Source: Octopus vulgaris (lineage: Eukaryota). Taken from it: DNA of 64,000 nt. The stretch spans positions 84,320,001-84,384,000 of the forward strand of contig OX597815.1 in assembly GCA_951406725.2 (NCBI GenBank). The letters are read 5' to 3'. The first letter of the stretch is position 1. Each line of letters opens with the position of its first letter. Both the position numbers and the translations under genes were made by a program. Positions 42,206 to 58,242 of the stretch are shown here, in pieces. The notes beneath the pieces were generated by a model. It was given only the letters and a program-made list of their open reading frames with translations. It was not told the origin of the DNA and ran no database searches.

Positions 42206-42719
42206 TTAAACATGCCTGTATGGTTCATTCTTTGGATTGTCACTACTATCATTTATCTATATACTACTAAAACTCTGTTATTGCTTGCGTGCGATCTTGT
42301 CTGTAATGTAATGCAGCCAAAGCGGCGTATAATTGGAAAATACTCAGAAAGTAATGTACCCCTGAAATGTCTTATTGATCTGAAGCCCCATTTTGGAAAC
42401 TCCTCTCCCCACCCTCACGGAAAACATTTTCCCTACAAGTTTCTTTCTAATCATAATCTATGCTGTTTGAAAGGTATTTGAATAAAATTTCATTAAAAGA
42501 TATCCATTTTTCTTAAAGTTATAAGGAAACAAAGTCGGATCATGCGGATTTTCTGAAACTCCTCACCCTATCCCTTCTAAAAATTTCCCTCGCATAAATC
42601 CCTGTATACTTTGAATCTATAGAATCTAAGCGGTATTTGTTGAACATTTCTTTAAAAGCTATCCGTTTTTCAGGACCTTTTGAGGTAACAAATTCGGTGG
42701 GGTACATATCTGTACATAT

Positions 42720-42765
<46 letters not shown>

Positions 42766-42778
42766 TATATATATATAT

Positions 42779-42823
<45 letters not shown>

Positions 42824-44237
42824 ATGTATACACATACATACATACATACATACACATACATACATATATATATTTATTTTACTTCATCCAATTTTGTTTA
42901 GAAACGAGAATAACAAAAGGACATAGCTCTTTATTTCAATGATAATTTAATGCTTCATATATGCTTCGGCCTTCCAGATTTCACTGTATATCTATGAACT
43001 GCTGTCTCCCATTTGCATTAATATAGTAATTTATTTGTGTCAAATCAATTCAAAATGTTCATATCATATGTAGTTCCTTTCTAGTTGTAAATAGTAGCTA
43101 GATTGGAGGCGCTAATTAAAGAGAAAGTATTGTGATAGAGGACTTTCTTCCTTTTGGCTTTCACAAGAATATTACTTACACGATTTGTCACCTAGTTGTC
43201 GCATTTACACTTTTGATTCCCCCTGTGGACACATTCACACTACATTTAGTGATATTAGAAATCTGAATTTGATTTGGCAGTTGAGGAATCTCGAGGAAAA
43301 GGCCGTTTAGAATTCACACACGTAATTTCCTTTTATGTTATTTTATTTACTTTTGAGAATATTAATATTTCTAGTCGGTGGGGTAATTATGTATAGCACT
43401 CTTTCATTCCTTTTAGAAATCGTTATTATCATGTAACACCTGACTTATTAATTGAACATTTTATGAAGTTTCACATTTCATTAAAAAGAAATTCATGAAA
43501 TGTGGAATTTTTTCATCATAGAACGTTAATAGTTTAGGACAAAGAAATCAGATAATTTGTGAAGTATATACTTAAATGATTCTTTTTTTTTTTTTTTTTT
43601 TGCTCAAGAAAGGTAGTCTGACTTTTTTAGACTATTATTCCTGCCAGTTTAGAGTAAGTTTCACTCTGACCTTTCTCCTTTATTTTTTAAAAAACTTTTG
43701 GAAGGTTTGCCATAGCCTCTTCACTACTACATAGCATTTTCGCTATCCAGCCAGATATGACTGAATGATCACGCACTTTTTCACTCATGAAATATACATG
43801 ATCAAAACAATATTATTTTGAATTAAACTGACAGGAATATATTAATATAATCTTAAATGCGAGAAACTATTTATCATTTTGACTAATACATTTCAGAGGA
43901 CAGAAACGCTTTAATAGATAATTCTAATAAGAGCTGGATCAACTTATACTGTAATGTTTTTCTTATCCCTTTTTGAAATTGCTTTAAAGTGTTGGTTGCA
44001 CAATAATCATCAAATTAATCATGTTGATCTTTAATAGACGTGTAAAAATCTGTGTGATCGGTAAAAGGATTTTCGCTTCGTTCTGCGACAGAATGTTTAT
44101 GTGCAAAGATTTTTATGCCCATTAGGATTACAACCGACCGTAGTAACGAGAAACCAAACTTAAAAAGTGAGATCGATCTCCACTAACAAATGAAGAATAT
44201 AACATCCGCCGTTTTAATTAATATAAATTGTAATTAA

Positions 44238-44444
44238 GGCGGCGAGCTGGCATAAGCTGGGCAAAATCCTTAGTGCCATTTCGTTTGGCTTGACTTTCTT
44301 TGTTTAAATTCCACCGAGGTCGACTTCGGAGTCGATAAAATAAGTACTAGTTGAGCGCAGGGGTCGATATAATCGACATAACCACCTCCCAGGAATTGCT
44401 GACCATGTACCAGAATTTGAAACCACCACCACCACCACCACCAC

Positions 44445-44491
<47 letters not shown>

Positions 44492-44692
44492 GCAGAATCG
44501 TTAGCACGCCGGGAAAAATACTGAGCGACATTTCATCCGCCTTTACGTTCTGCGTTCAAATTATGCCGATGTCAACTTTGCTTTTCATCCTTTTGAGGTC
44601 GATAAAATAAGTACCAGTTGAGCACAGGAGTCGATATAATCGGTTTAAGCCCCGTTCCCGTATTTGCTGGCCTAGTGCCAAAATTTGAAACC
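44238..44692 (+). mobile_element. Dimeric tRNA-derived SINE with (ACC)n(ATT)n linker and 18-bp TSD
   Basis: Two family units, flanked by aatataaattgtaattaa (44220-44237) and aatataacttgtaattaa (44693-44710). Confidence 0.85.
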
Positions 44693-45073
44693 AATATAAC
44701 TTGTAATTAATATTCCCCATACGTTAAACTACATATTAGAAAATCCCTGCAACACACATAGAACGGAGAAAGTACACGTGAATTAAAATTTGATTATTAG
44801 AAGAAATGTACAGGTTGACTAACAAAATAAGTTCTACTTATTTAATTATCCAAGTTTTAATTTTATCTAAATTTGTGGCCAATAGCTGTACTCAATATCT
44901 AAATTTACTAATTCCCATTCCCCTTAAGGACAATGTTTCTTAATAAATACAATCAGACGTTATTCTCGCATGTAAATTCAAACCTAGAGTCAGCAGATCG
45001 TCAACATCATAGCAGTTTTTGTTGCCATATCAGATTTCCTTTGCTCTCAAAATCTGTTGTCACCTGCCAAATA

Positions 45074-45222
45074 TAGATATCGCCAGACACTACACATTTT
45101 TTATTTTCTCTCTCTGTTTCTTTCTGTGTTACTTTCTGTGGAAGAGCGTAGGCTCGAAACGTTAAAGACTTTTTCACTTCCAGAGCGTTATACTAATACA
45201 TCTCTTTGTTGTCTACACCACT
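45074..45222 (+). mobile_element. Short HHR-bearing element, CUGUNGA family, copy 1
   Basis: 45132-45167: cttt-CTGTGGA-a-gagc-gtag-gctc-GAAAC-GTT-aaag. Homologous to 50961-51146 and 56916-57131. Confidence 0.78.
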
Positions 45223-45240
45223 GTAATTCACTGTAGAAAT

Positions 45241-45546
45241 AATCCTTTCTACTCTACTTTTCTACTCAGTACGTAAAGAAAGACGAGATAATGCCAGGCG
45301 TTCTAACGTTTCTTATTTCTTTATTGTCCACAGGGGGCTAAACATAGAGGGGACAAACAAGGGCAGACAAAGGGATTAAGTCGATTACATCGACCCCAGT
45401 GCATAACTGGTACTTAATTTATCGATCCCGAAAGGATGAAAGACAAAGTCGATATCGGCGAAATTTGAACTCAGAACGGAGCGACAGACGAAATACTGCT
45501 AAGCATTTCGCCCGGTGTTCTAACGTTTCTGCCAGCTCGCCGCCTT
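45241..45546 (-). mobile_element. tRNA-derived SINE plus partial second unit, 11-bp TSD
   Basis: Family core present; actgtagaaat occurs at 45230-45240 and 45548-45558. Confidence 0.9.
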
Positions 45547-45850
45547 GACTGTAGAAATTATATAAGAACTTATGCAGCTGTGCTGATCTCCGTATTCACT
45601 GTTACTGTATTGGATGTACACTTTCTAAAATATTCATAATGCAGAGAAGCGGACTCAGGGTTTACCCATCGGATAAAATACAGTGGGATTGCTTACATCA
45701 AGTACTTCTAGGTTGTCATTATAACTTTGTATGGTTAGCCTAATCTAAACCTGGATTATAAATAAGTACTTGGAAATTGTATCCCTATGTATTCCCCATA
45801 TATATATATATATACTCTCACGCACACACTCACACACACACAAACATATA

Positions 45851-45922
<72 letters not shown>

Positions 45923-46676
45923 TGTGTGTGTGAATCTTTTCATTTTAGAGGAACGAATCACTAATTAAATATACAGAATTATATATTTGTTGGTGTGAAA
46001 AATAAAATTGTTTATACAAGTCATAAAGTTTATACTTTCTTGAAGCGATAAGAAATTACATATTCAAACTTTAAACTTGAATAGAGATGATTAGCTTGTA
46101 AAAATAGTACAGGTCATGATCAAAATATTGTATCTGAAAAGTACGCTTAGAATTAGACTGTGTATTCTGATGTTCAAAGTCATCATACCTTATGAGATCT
46201 CAGATAACTAATAATCTTTCAGGAAATTGAATTTGTAACTAGCGTAAGTCACCAAACATTCAAATCTATTGCTGTAACACCATAGAAAGTCTAGTAATAA
46301 AATCACACTACTAATACATTCTGATAAGAGCAAGAATATAATTATTTCTATACTCTATATATGTTTTGCTTATTTATTTTTAAATGTTTAGAATTTTTTT
46401 CTTATATTTCATGCTGATATATCATAAACTATGACTAAGAAGAAAATCTGAATAATACTGATGCATTACATTAAAGGGAAATCAATACTTTGAAGGAGAG
46501 AAAAGATAGTAAATTATTGAATTGATTCTATTATGTATTTACTATAAATTTTGCATACCTGGATATAAGGTTATATGGATGATGGCGAGATTTGAACTCA
46601 GAACACATAAAAAGAAAACCACGTCTTTCCACCATCATCTTCTGCAAATTTGTTCCTCAATATTCATAGGAAAGTT

Positions 46677-47302
46677 AAGGAGGTGAGCTGACAGAAACGT
46701 TAGCACGCCAGGCGAAATACTTTGTGGTATTTCGTCTACCATTACGTTCTGAGTTCAAATTCCGCCGAGGTCGACTTTGCCTTTCATCCTTTCGGGGTCG
46801 ATTAAATAAGTACCAGTTAAGCACTGGGATCGATATAATCGACTTCATCCATCTGTCTGTCCTTGTTTGTCTCCTCTGTGTTTAGCCCCTTGTGGGTAGT
46901 AAAGAAATAGATATTTCGTCCGCCGCTAGGTTCTGAGTTCAAATTCCGCCGAGGTCGACTTTGCCTTTCATCCTTTCCGGGTCGATAAATTAAGTACCAG
47001 TTACGCAATGGAGTCGATGTAATCGACTTCATCCCTTTGACTGTCCTTGTTTGTCCCCTCTATGTTTAGCTCCTTGTGGGCAATAAAGAAATCAGAAACG
47101 TTAGCATGCCGGGCGAAATGCTTGGCAGTATTTCGTCTGTCTTTACGTTCTGTGTTCAAATTCCGCCGAGGTCGACTTTGCCGTTCATCGTTTCGGGGTC
47201 GTTAAATTAAGTACCATTTTCGTACTGAGGTCGATCTAATCGACTGGACCCCGCCCCAGAAATTTCGGGCCATGTACCTAGAGTAGGAAAAAAAGAAGAT
47301 AG
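46677..47302 (+). mobile_element. Trimeric tRNA-derived SINE with 18-bp TSD
   Basis: Three successive gttcaaattccgccgaggtcgactttgcc cores, flanked by aatattcataggaaagtt (46659-46676) and aatatccataggaaattt (47303-47320). Confidence 0.9.
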
Positions 47303-48203
47303 AATATCCATAGGAAATTTTGCTAAAGTTCTTACATATTTATTAATAAACATAATAGAAGACTGTAATCTAGTTCACCTTGCCGTATATTATAACAGTA
47401 ACAACAAATGACATGTAGGCTTTACTACCTAAAAATATTATATCTAAATTATTAAATGCGAAGGATTTATGACCTAATTCGGCTAATATAATCAAACATA
47501 TCGGCACAGTTCAAACAACATTTTCGCATCAACTAAAATGTGTTACACCAAAACTACTACTCTCTAAATATTGAATTTCTCGATTAAAGTATCACTTCCT
47601 GTTATAACGTGGTGATAGCTGCCGCAAGCAATACGACTGATATAGGTCTACCAGAAAATAAATTCGAAATTCGTCACTAAGAATTAAATGTCTCCTTTAG
47701 CAAAAAGTAGAGACCCAATTTCACGGAGATTTTTTTAAAAAGTATAGCTGGAAGATGAAGATAAGTGGAACCGATAAGATAACACTCAGTTATTTGATAA
47801 TCGATACTGTCACACATTATATCAATAGTTGAAGAAGATGAAAGCCTTACCTTGCGGGAGAATGTAACAACTGAATTCCGTTTTTCAAAATACTAAACAA
47901 TGCATGCATTGATGTCAAAAGAACAATCAATACAAAGAGTACAAACTATCTAATATATAAAATATGATCAACCAATCAATGAACCAGCAAATGAGGTTCT
48001 ACGAGATCGTTCAAGCAGCTAGAAATAGCAGGCGTATCATATTCATTTTCGATACTGTCAAAAATAATGAAATGTTAAGTTGATCAAGATAGTTCTGGAT
48101 ATATTTTTTGAATAATAGGTGAAACGATTTTCACCAAATAAAATATCAACATCAACAACAACAGCAAAAATAGCAAATAATTAAAAGACACAGGACAGTT
48201 ACT

Positions 48204-48261
<58 letters not shown>

Positions 48262-48263
<2 letters not shown>

Positions 48264-48464
48264 AACTTATAAACAAGGGCAAAAAAAAATTATTTCTATG
48301 CCAATATGCTGATAATAGACTTTTAAATCGTCAATTTCCACATATTATTATATACCAACTACAGAAATACAACGTATTTCTGTAGTGGAAATTGACGATT
48401 TAAAAGTTTGTTATCAGCATATTGGCATAGAAATAATTTTCTTTTGCCCTTGTTTATAAGTTGT
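48262..48464. repeat. Near-perfect fold-back hairpin (arms of about 95 bp) at the end of a TA-flanked repeat
   Basis: acaacttataaacaagggc...tcgtcaatttccac mirrors gtggaaattgacga...gcccttgtttataagttgt. The apex is actacagaaatac-aac-gtatttctgtagt. Confidence 0.92.
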
Positions 48465-48716
48465 ATATAATTTTAATCTTTAAAGGTATTTTAATATGCT
48501 GCCACTTTTCTTGATGAAATTATTTCTGTAAAAAAACTTCATCCTATAATAGTACTATTTCTAAAAGTTCGGTATGTGGTAAAGCAAATTTCTTTGCAGA
48601 ACCCTAATTATATAAAGTAATGTTTAAGTTTACCGTAAATGGTCCTTTTCATACTGAACACTCCTTGGTAAGATTATTAATTACTAAATAATTAGCTAAT
48701 TTTACCCTTTTTTATT

Positions 48717-48762
<46 letters not shown>

Positions 48763-48885
48763 TTACAACTGTGATGTTGCTGATAAAACACGTTCTTTGT
48801 CTATCTACTTATCCTCTTTGTGATATTGGATAAAAAGAAAATTATACAAATGAATCATTCGAATTTAACTAAATTCTATATTTTT

Positions 48886-48975
48886 ATGCAGCTGAAGATT
48901 ATTCTACATTTTAAATTGGTGTAATGTTTGCATTGTTCAATTAAATGGAGTCCATTGAAACCTATCGTACTGCAT
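48886..48975 (+). ncRNA. Minimal hammerhead motif
   Basis: atgcag-CTGAAGA-...-GAAAC-ctatc-GTA-ctgcat. Perfect 6-bp stem I and canonical core; stem II is degenerate. It lies about 30 bp upstream of (TA)n. Confidence 0.65.
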
Positions 48976-49005
48976 TACCTCTGGATATCCTTGTTGCTTA
49001 TTTTG

Positions 49006-49065
<60 letters not shown>

Positions 49066-49227
49066 AAGAACGGGGTAAAGACATTATAATATAAGATGGA
49101 ATGAAAAGGCTTTAATCAAAGCCACAATAATTGTTTCTGTGCATTAACATCAGCTGTTAATTACTGAATGTTTCACCGACTATAGACACTATAAATATTA
49201 TATAGCTATGATCAAGTATGAAGTATA

Positions 49228-49298
<71 letters not shown>

Positions 49299-49312
49299 GT
49301 GTCTGTGTGTGA

Positions 49313-49407
<95 letters not shown>

Positions 49408-49420
49408 TATGTGCGTGTGT

Positions 49421-51146
<1,726 letters not shown>

Positions 51147-53345
51147 ATACACACACACGCACATAAGTATATATAAAGTATGTGTGTTCTTTGAAGATAA
51201 AATTTAATTGAACTTTAAAAAACTAAACATATTAGCACAAATTGTTTGTAGTATCTGTATGAACGTTCGCTTTTTAGTTTTTTCCGCAAGTTGTTTTAGG
51301 GTTAATCTATACGGGCGGAGTTATTTATAGTAACGCTAATATCTCCGGTTCAGGTTCGGATTTAGAATTCTTATAAAGTATTCATTTTTTTGGGGGGGCT
51401 TTTCACACATTATCATCAATTTTCGATTTGTACAGTCTAGATGTCCACTATATGCAACATTTATAAGGGATGAATCTTGGATTTATTCTTTGTGATGTAT
51501 TAATTTTCATCCTGTTTCAACAGTATAATTCTCATTGCATTAAATAAAATTTGTTTTACAATTAATCCAAAGAATTCGTCTTATCTTAATTTCATCTTTG
51601 TTAATAGCCATTTAAGATATACTGTGTGTCTTCGAGAGTTGTTAATTTGTTATTCTTAATTGGTTTTATGATTTGATGAATGGTGCAGAATTGGAATGAA
51701 TGGTGCCCGAATGGAAGAGGTTCGATGCTATTCGCTATGAATGTGGGTGATTTCAAATGGAAAAACCGTATTTATGTCCTTGCCCTTTTCCGAATATCGA
51801 AGGCTCTATGTAAGACATGCTGAGGTATTTTTACTTTGTTTATGTTATGATTTTACTATGTTTTGTGGACATTTTTTATTTTTAAGGTTACATATTGCAT
51901 TTTAGTAATAGTTTGTCTCAAACGTTTCTCTTTACTATTTTCACTAAGAATTCATAAAAAGGATTTTTTATTTGACTTTTCCATGGTTGTATAGGGAAAA
52001 ACAATATTATTTTAAAGTAAAAATTTTGCATAATACATTTGCAATATCTTTGATGCTTTACAAATCTTGCGAAGACTTATTGAACCAAAACAACTAAATG
52101 AAAAATTCTCAGAATAGGGTGCAAAACGAACATTTTGCAATAGTCTTTACTGATTACTGAATTAAAAGAGATTACTCATTCTAAACTTTAGTTACCGTCT
52201 ATAAAACCTACTGGAAAGACATAAAATTCTGTGTTTCATGTGAAGTGGCAATGAGTGAAGTATTATTTGTTTCAGTTGCTAACATGAAATGTCTCTATAG
52301 TTCGTGATTATGTAGGATTTTTCTTAAAGGTGCATTACATCATACCTGGTATACATGTGTGTGTATTGTGTGTGTGTGTGTAGGTGCGTTTGTGTTAGTG
52401 TGCGTGCTTGTGTGTCTACGTGCCTGCCTTTGTATATATTTATGTGTATGCGTATAAATATAAACATATGCATGTGTGTGCATTAACTATACATACAGAG
52501 ATATGTATATGTGTAAGTATATATATATATACATATATATATGTATATATTTATATACATACATACATATTTACACACATATATATATACCCGTATGTAT
52601 ATATACATATATAGGAATATATATATGTATATAAGTATGTATGTACGTATATACGTATGTATATATGTATATACTTGCTTAAACATATAATCAATGTTTA
52701 CTGCAAAATACTTTTAGTCTTAGATTAAGTCTAATTTCATTGAAGATTTCAATTTAAATGTGACACTGTATTTTATAATGTATTGTACAATCGTTCTTAC
52801 TAAATATAAAGAAACGTATATTTGTAAGATATTGATTGCTTGGCACTATTAACATTTCGTGATTCCAAAATTTTTCTTCTTTCCGATTTAATTATTGGAA
52901 AAATTCCTGCTGTTTCTAATGATTTTGTTTCAATATCTCAACTACATTTTTACCTTTGTTTTTAATTACAATATTCCTACTAAATTTAATGACTGATATA
53001 CAAATAGTTGGAATCATCATTGGAAATTTTGAATTTAAATGTAATTTACAAAGTGGTTTAGACTCCAACAGCGGAGAAAGCGGATTTAGACAACACACAG
53101 CGGTTGATCCGTTCCAGACTACAACCGGATGAGCGGCAATCCGTCGTGATTTCATCACCTGACACCATATGTCTCCTTCTGTGTGCGCCGTAAAGGACGA
53201 TCCTGAAACCAGAGTCACTCACTAGACACTTAAATTCACCGTAAACGAATTCACATTGTTGGTATTCCTTCCAGCTAATATTTCTTTTAACATGGCAGAA
53301 TTGAAACAAATGACAATTATTAAAATGGGATTTCCATATATTACG

Positions 53346-53990
53346 TACGAGAGGATACTGAAAAGATCTTGACTTTGGGCAAAAGAAGGGAATGAGTTAA
53401 TTATGATTTTAGTCAGCATAATCCACTCTCAGATTTACACACTTGTTGCAGCGGTCCTTCAGTTTGTCTAAGCCCTGTAAAAAGAAAACGGAAGTTGGGC
53501 CTCCAACCAGGCCTCTGTAGCAGCGAACACTTCAGAATTGGAGTGAAATTTCGTTCCCTTGAAATATTGTTTTAGTTGTAGAAAGAGGCAATTGCTGGAG
53601 GGCGCCAAGTCAGGAGAGTAAGATATGTGGTATACAAATTCGAAATCAGAGTCGCGTATTTTTCGAAGAGTTTCATATTCTGCGATTGCTGGTGCATTAT
53701 CCTGCAAAAACATGACACCACGACTCGGTTTTCCACGGTGTCTCTGCTTCATGTTTCGCGCAGTTCGTCCAACAGAAACATGTAGTATTCTGCGTTGATT
53801 GTGTGACCCTTTGGCAGGTATTTTCTGAGGACTACACCTTCTTTGTCCCAGAACGCTGACGTCAGAATCTTCCCAGGTAATTTCTGGGCTCAAAAATTCT
53901 TGTTGCTTGGTATGGAGTTCATAAAGATGAAGCCAAGTTTCATTTATGGTGACTAAATGAGCCATATAATCGGTTTCTCCTGCTGCAAAA
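53346..53990 (-). mobile_element. Mariner transposase relic (catalytic domain plus 3' TIR)
   Basis: LVTINETW, FLQDNAP and YSPDLAPSS (two catalytic Asp residues lost). C-terminus GLDKLKDRCNKCVNLRVDYAD* in a shifted frame. TIR-like tacgagaggatactgaaaag at 53346. Confidence 0.9.
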
Positions 53991-54419
53991 GCGCGCGTGC
54001 GTGTGTGTGTGAATGTTCCTAATGACCACATATAATTTCAGTATTTTTTTTTATTAATTTATTCTATTATGCATCTGAATTATTATTAGAATAATCAGAC
54101 TTTCCTTTGAAAATTAGTTCTTTCTTAGTGCCCATAGTTTCTTCGAAAGTAATTTCATTGATAAACCTATAGTATTAAATATACTCATTACTTTGCTCAT
54201 TACTTGAATTTTTGGTTTGTTTTGCTTTTCGAAATTTTAAAATTTACTATATTTCTCTAAATTTGTATTGTTCTATGACAAATGCTCTCTTACAGCAAAG
54301 CATAAATAGCAAGATGGCGATTACATCTATTGCATACTCTCTGCAGTAAATTTGGTGTTTTCAACTAGCATGAATCATTCTCAAGATTAGTCTTCTTAGC
54401 GCCCGCGTAAATATGAGTG

Positions 54420-54962
54420 TACACAAGCATATGTACACACACACATATATATATATATATGCATTATATATATGTATATTGTATGTATATGTATGTATAC
54501 ATTATATATGTATACATTGTATATATGTACATTATATGTATGTATGTTATGTGTATATATATTATGTATATGTATGTATACATTTTATATATATGTATAT
54601 ATGTATATATACATTATATATATGTATGTTATGTGTATATATATTATATGTATGTACATGTGTTTGCATTGTATATGTATATATATATATGCATTGTGTA
54701 TGTATATGTTATGTATATGTATATTATATGTGTGTATGTGTGTGTATGTGTGTGTATGCATTGTGTGTATGTGTATGTATATGTGTATATACATTGTGTA
54801 TATGTGTATGTGTTGTGTGTATATATGTATTGTGTATATGTATGTTACATATATATATATATATCATATATATATATATATATGTTATATGTGTATATAT
54901 TATATATATGTATATGTTATGTGTGTGTGTATGTTGTGTATATGTATATTATATGTATATGT

Positions 54963-55004
<42 letters not shown>

Positions 55005-55772
55005 ATATATATGTATATATGATATATATGTGTATATTATGTGTATATGTGTGATCTATACATGTATAGTGTATGTATGTATAATGTATATATATGTATA
55101 TATGATATATATATGTGGCCCACACACACACATAAACACATGTATACATATATATACACACACAAAGACACATACACCCACACCATATATACGCACACAC
55201 ACAGACACATACTCAATACCAACACACGCAAAACGTATATACACACATGCCACACAGATACACTCAACAGACATGGACACACATACGAACAAGCACATAC
55301 ACACTAACGCACACGCAACACACTAATAAACATTAACCACACACATACACACACACACAAACGGGCACACATATACATACACCATCCTACCCAAAACATT
55401 CTTTAAATAACACACATCTATTTACACCACAATGGACCCTGGAACCAATCAAAAACAGCCCCCCCCCACACACACACACAAACACATGTATACATATATA
55501 TACACACACACAAGGACACACACATTCACACCAATCTCACCTCCATACAGACACACATATACACACGCAGCACCATGCCAAATGCCATCCACACACATGC
55601 ATACATACACACACAACACCAAGACAACCACACACGCGGTTGACAAACGGACACACATATACACACACCATCCTACCAGATCTTACAGACACACAGACAC
55701 ATCTATTCACACCACATATGTATATACACACACACACACACACACACTCACACACAAATACACACACACTCA
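54420..55772. repeat. Complex degenerate TA/TG then CA low-complexity tract with higher-order repeats
   Basis: TG/TA-rich to about 55115, then CA-rich. The blocks aaacacatgtatacatatatatacacacac and caccatcctacc each occur twice. Confidence 0.9.
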
Positions 55773-55966
55773 CCCCATCCTAATCATTGATGCTTGAAGG
55801 AGAGACAAAAAGAGGGTAAATTCTTTTCAGTTCCACATTACTCCTCCTTTTCCCCCCAACCAAACACACCTACTGTGTCCCTTGAAATAGATAATATTCT
55901 TTTACGCTACCATAGCGGACAGGTCAGTTTTAGCTTCACTACTATTATAATGTAAATCTTTTTGAA

Positions 55967-56337
55967 CTCATAATATTCTGTACGTGTATACTGAACTTTT
56001 TTAATAATTCCTTCTGGAAATTATCTTGAGAATGTATAATTTATTTGTTGTAATATTTTGTGCCCATTATTTCAATGAGCTTGTTAAACTTTTTTATATT
56101 CTCAACATGCTCTTGTCACCAAAGAATGTATATTTGTACTCTGTGTCAACCAATATTCTGTGCATGTTTGAATATACAGATACAATACCAATATCAATTC
56201 CTTCTGGAAACTATCTTAAGCATGTCCTTGAGAACGATTATTTATGTAGTAATCGTTTGTGCCCAATATTTTAAGGAACTTGTTGAACTTTTTTATGTCC
56301 TTAACATGTCCCTGTTACCAAAGACTGTATATATGTA
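55967..56337. repeat. Diverged tandem duplication, about 190 bp period
   Basis: aattccttctggaaa...tttgtgccca...aacttttttat...ccaaaga.tgtatat occurs at about 56006-56138 and about 56196-56337. Confidence 0.8.
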
Positions 56338-56512
56338 ATGTAGCAATTTGTAACAACCAATAATTAACGCAACCAGACTTGTACATGTTACTTTTGACAA
56401 TCTTTTTCCAAAGAGTGAAACCGGTAAAGTAAATAAACATCTTTTAAATTGCATTTTCAAACCTTCTTTCGTATATAATTTCACTCGTGCGGTACCCCAC
56501 AACTCCACTTTG

Positions 56513-56546
<34 letters not shown>

Positions 56547-56915
56547 ATATGGAAATATTTTTTCTGAAACGCATAGAGATGATGGTGAATAGCATAAATA
56601 GGGTAGAATATCCTTATATTGCAGAAAAATTTGTTAGCGGCCAGCCATATGTATATATATATTCAACCCAACTGTCTGTCAATACATTTTGAAATTTGAT
56701 GATTACTACGAACGTATGAAAGCGCTAAATGAACTTTATGAACGTTACTAATTATTATTTTAATATTCAACACGCTTCAACCTTGTAAATCTTTTTTATA
56801 ATACAACAATGAAAAACGTGTAAACAGGACCATGTTGTAATTCAACTGATTTATTATTCTATACACATTTACACAAATTCAGGAAAAAAATTATATATAT
56901 ATATATATATATATA

Positions 56916-57131
56916 GGGAGAGTTTACGAAAAAAACAAAAGACGAAGACAGGTGGTGTACAAAACAAACAGATGTATTAGTAAAACGCCCAGGAATAGAA
57001 AAGTCTTTTACGTTTCGAGCCTACGCTCTTCTACAGAAAGGGACAAAGAAAAAAAATAAGGAGAGGAAAAAAAGGAGAGAAAAAAGGAGATAAGAAAAGG
57101 AGAGAAAAATGTGTGTATTGGCTAACGATGC
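56916..57131 (-). mobile_element. Short HHR-bearing element, CUGUNGA family, copy 3
   Basis: Minus strand 57040-57005: cttt-CTGTAGA-a-gagc-gtag-gctc-GAAAC-GTA-aaag. The 3' end ...ctccc abuts (TA)n. Confidence 0.78.
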
Positions 57132-57284
57132 ATATATATATATATGCATATATATATTTATTAGCATATTTTATAAATGTGTTAATATTGAGTTGATATT
57201 TGTTATGCATCTGACAAGATTATGAAACAGTTGTAAACGAATGGAATAAGCATCTACTCTCTCACCTCACGTTTTGTATATGTT

Positions 57285-57337
<53 letters not shown>

Positions 57338-57736
57338 CATGCATGTCTTTTGTACATATATGTATGTATATTTGTAAGTGCTTGTTTATTTGTGTGTGTG
57401 CGTATTAGTCTGGGTATGTTTGTATGCGCGTATGTATAATCTATATGCAGATGTATATAAATCGGGAAGAAGAATCAGGAATGTGTTATCTTGAACTTTT
57501 TAAAGTTTTATAAGAGATGTAATGATATGAATGACCTTAATGTGCTATATTTTTTGTTCAAAAGCAGCAAAATTTTAAATAATTTTCCAAAAATTTGAAC
57601 TAAAATCGCATATGATTAATCACCAATTTATTACAATTACCATCTTTTTTACGAAATTATCGTGTATATTTCTTATTTTTCCTTTCTCTTCTTTTTATGG
57701 CATTCTCCTACATAATTATTATTATTATTATTGTTA

Positions 57737-57789
<53 letters not shown>

Positions 57790-58175
57790 TTAATTTTTTT
57801 ATGAAGCGCGTGTCTATAGTGTCAAAATATGCCTAATGGCTTTTTCATTAATGCAGTTCAGAATTTAAGAGCATTGTCGGAATATTTAAATACCATACAA
57901 ATAAAAGTGTCCGTAAGATATAAATATACACTATGTGTATCCGTAGCATCAATTCGTATGCTTATACACATGGTTGTTATTGTAAATACACATACGTACA
58001 TACATACATACATACATACATACATACATACATACATACATACATACATACATACCCGTACATATACACCCTGACACAAACTGACGTTAACACGATTACA
58101 CATGCACACATATACATACATACATACACACATACATACATACATACTTAAATACATACATACAAACATACATAC

Positions 58176-58242
<67 letters not shown>

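Noticed and set aside
46677-47302. Regularly spaced direct repeats superficially resembling a CRISPR-like array
   Set aside because: The units are whole SINE bodies of about 200 bp without unique spacers, in a eukaryotic context with no cas genes.
49218-49420. N-terminal extension of the 287-aa RT ORF
   Set aside because: It is the flanking microsatellite read in frame; LINE homology begins at about 49421.
51180-51900. Possible decayed Penelope RT on the minus strand
   Set aside because: Only vague motif resemblance with many stops; it needs a profile search.
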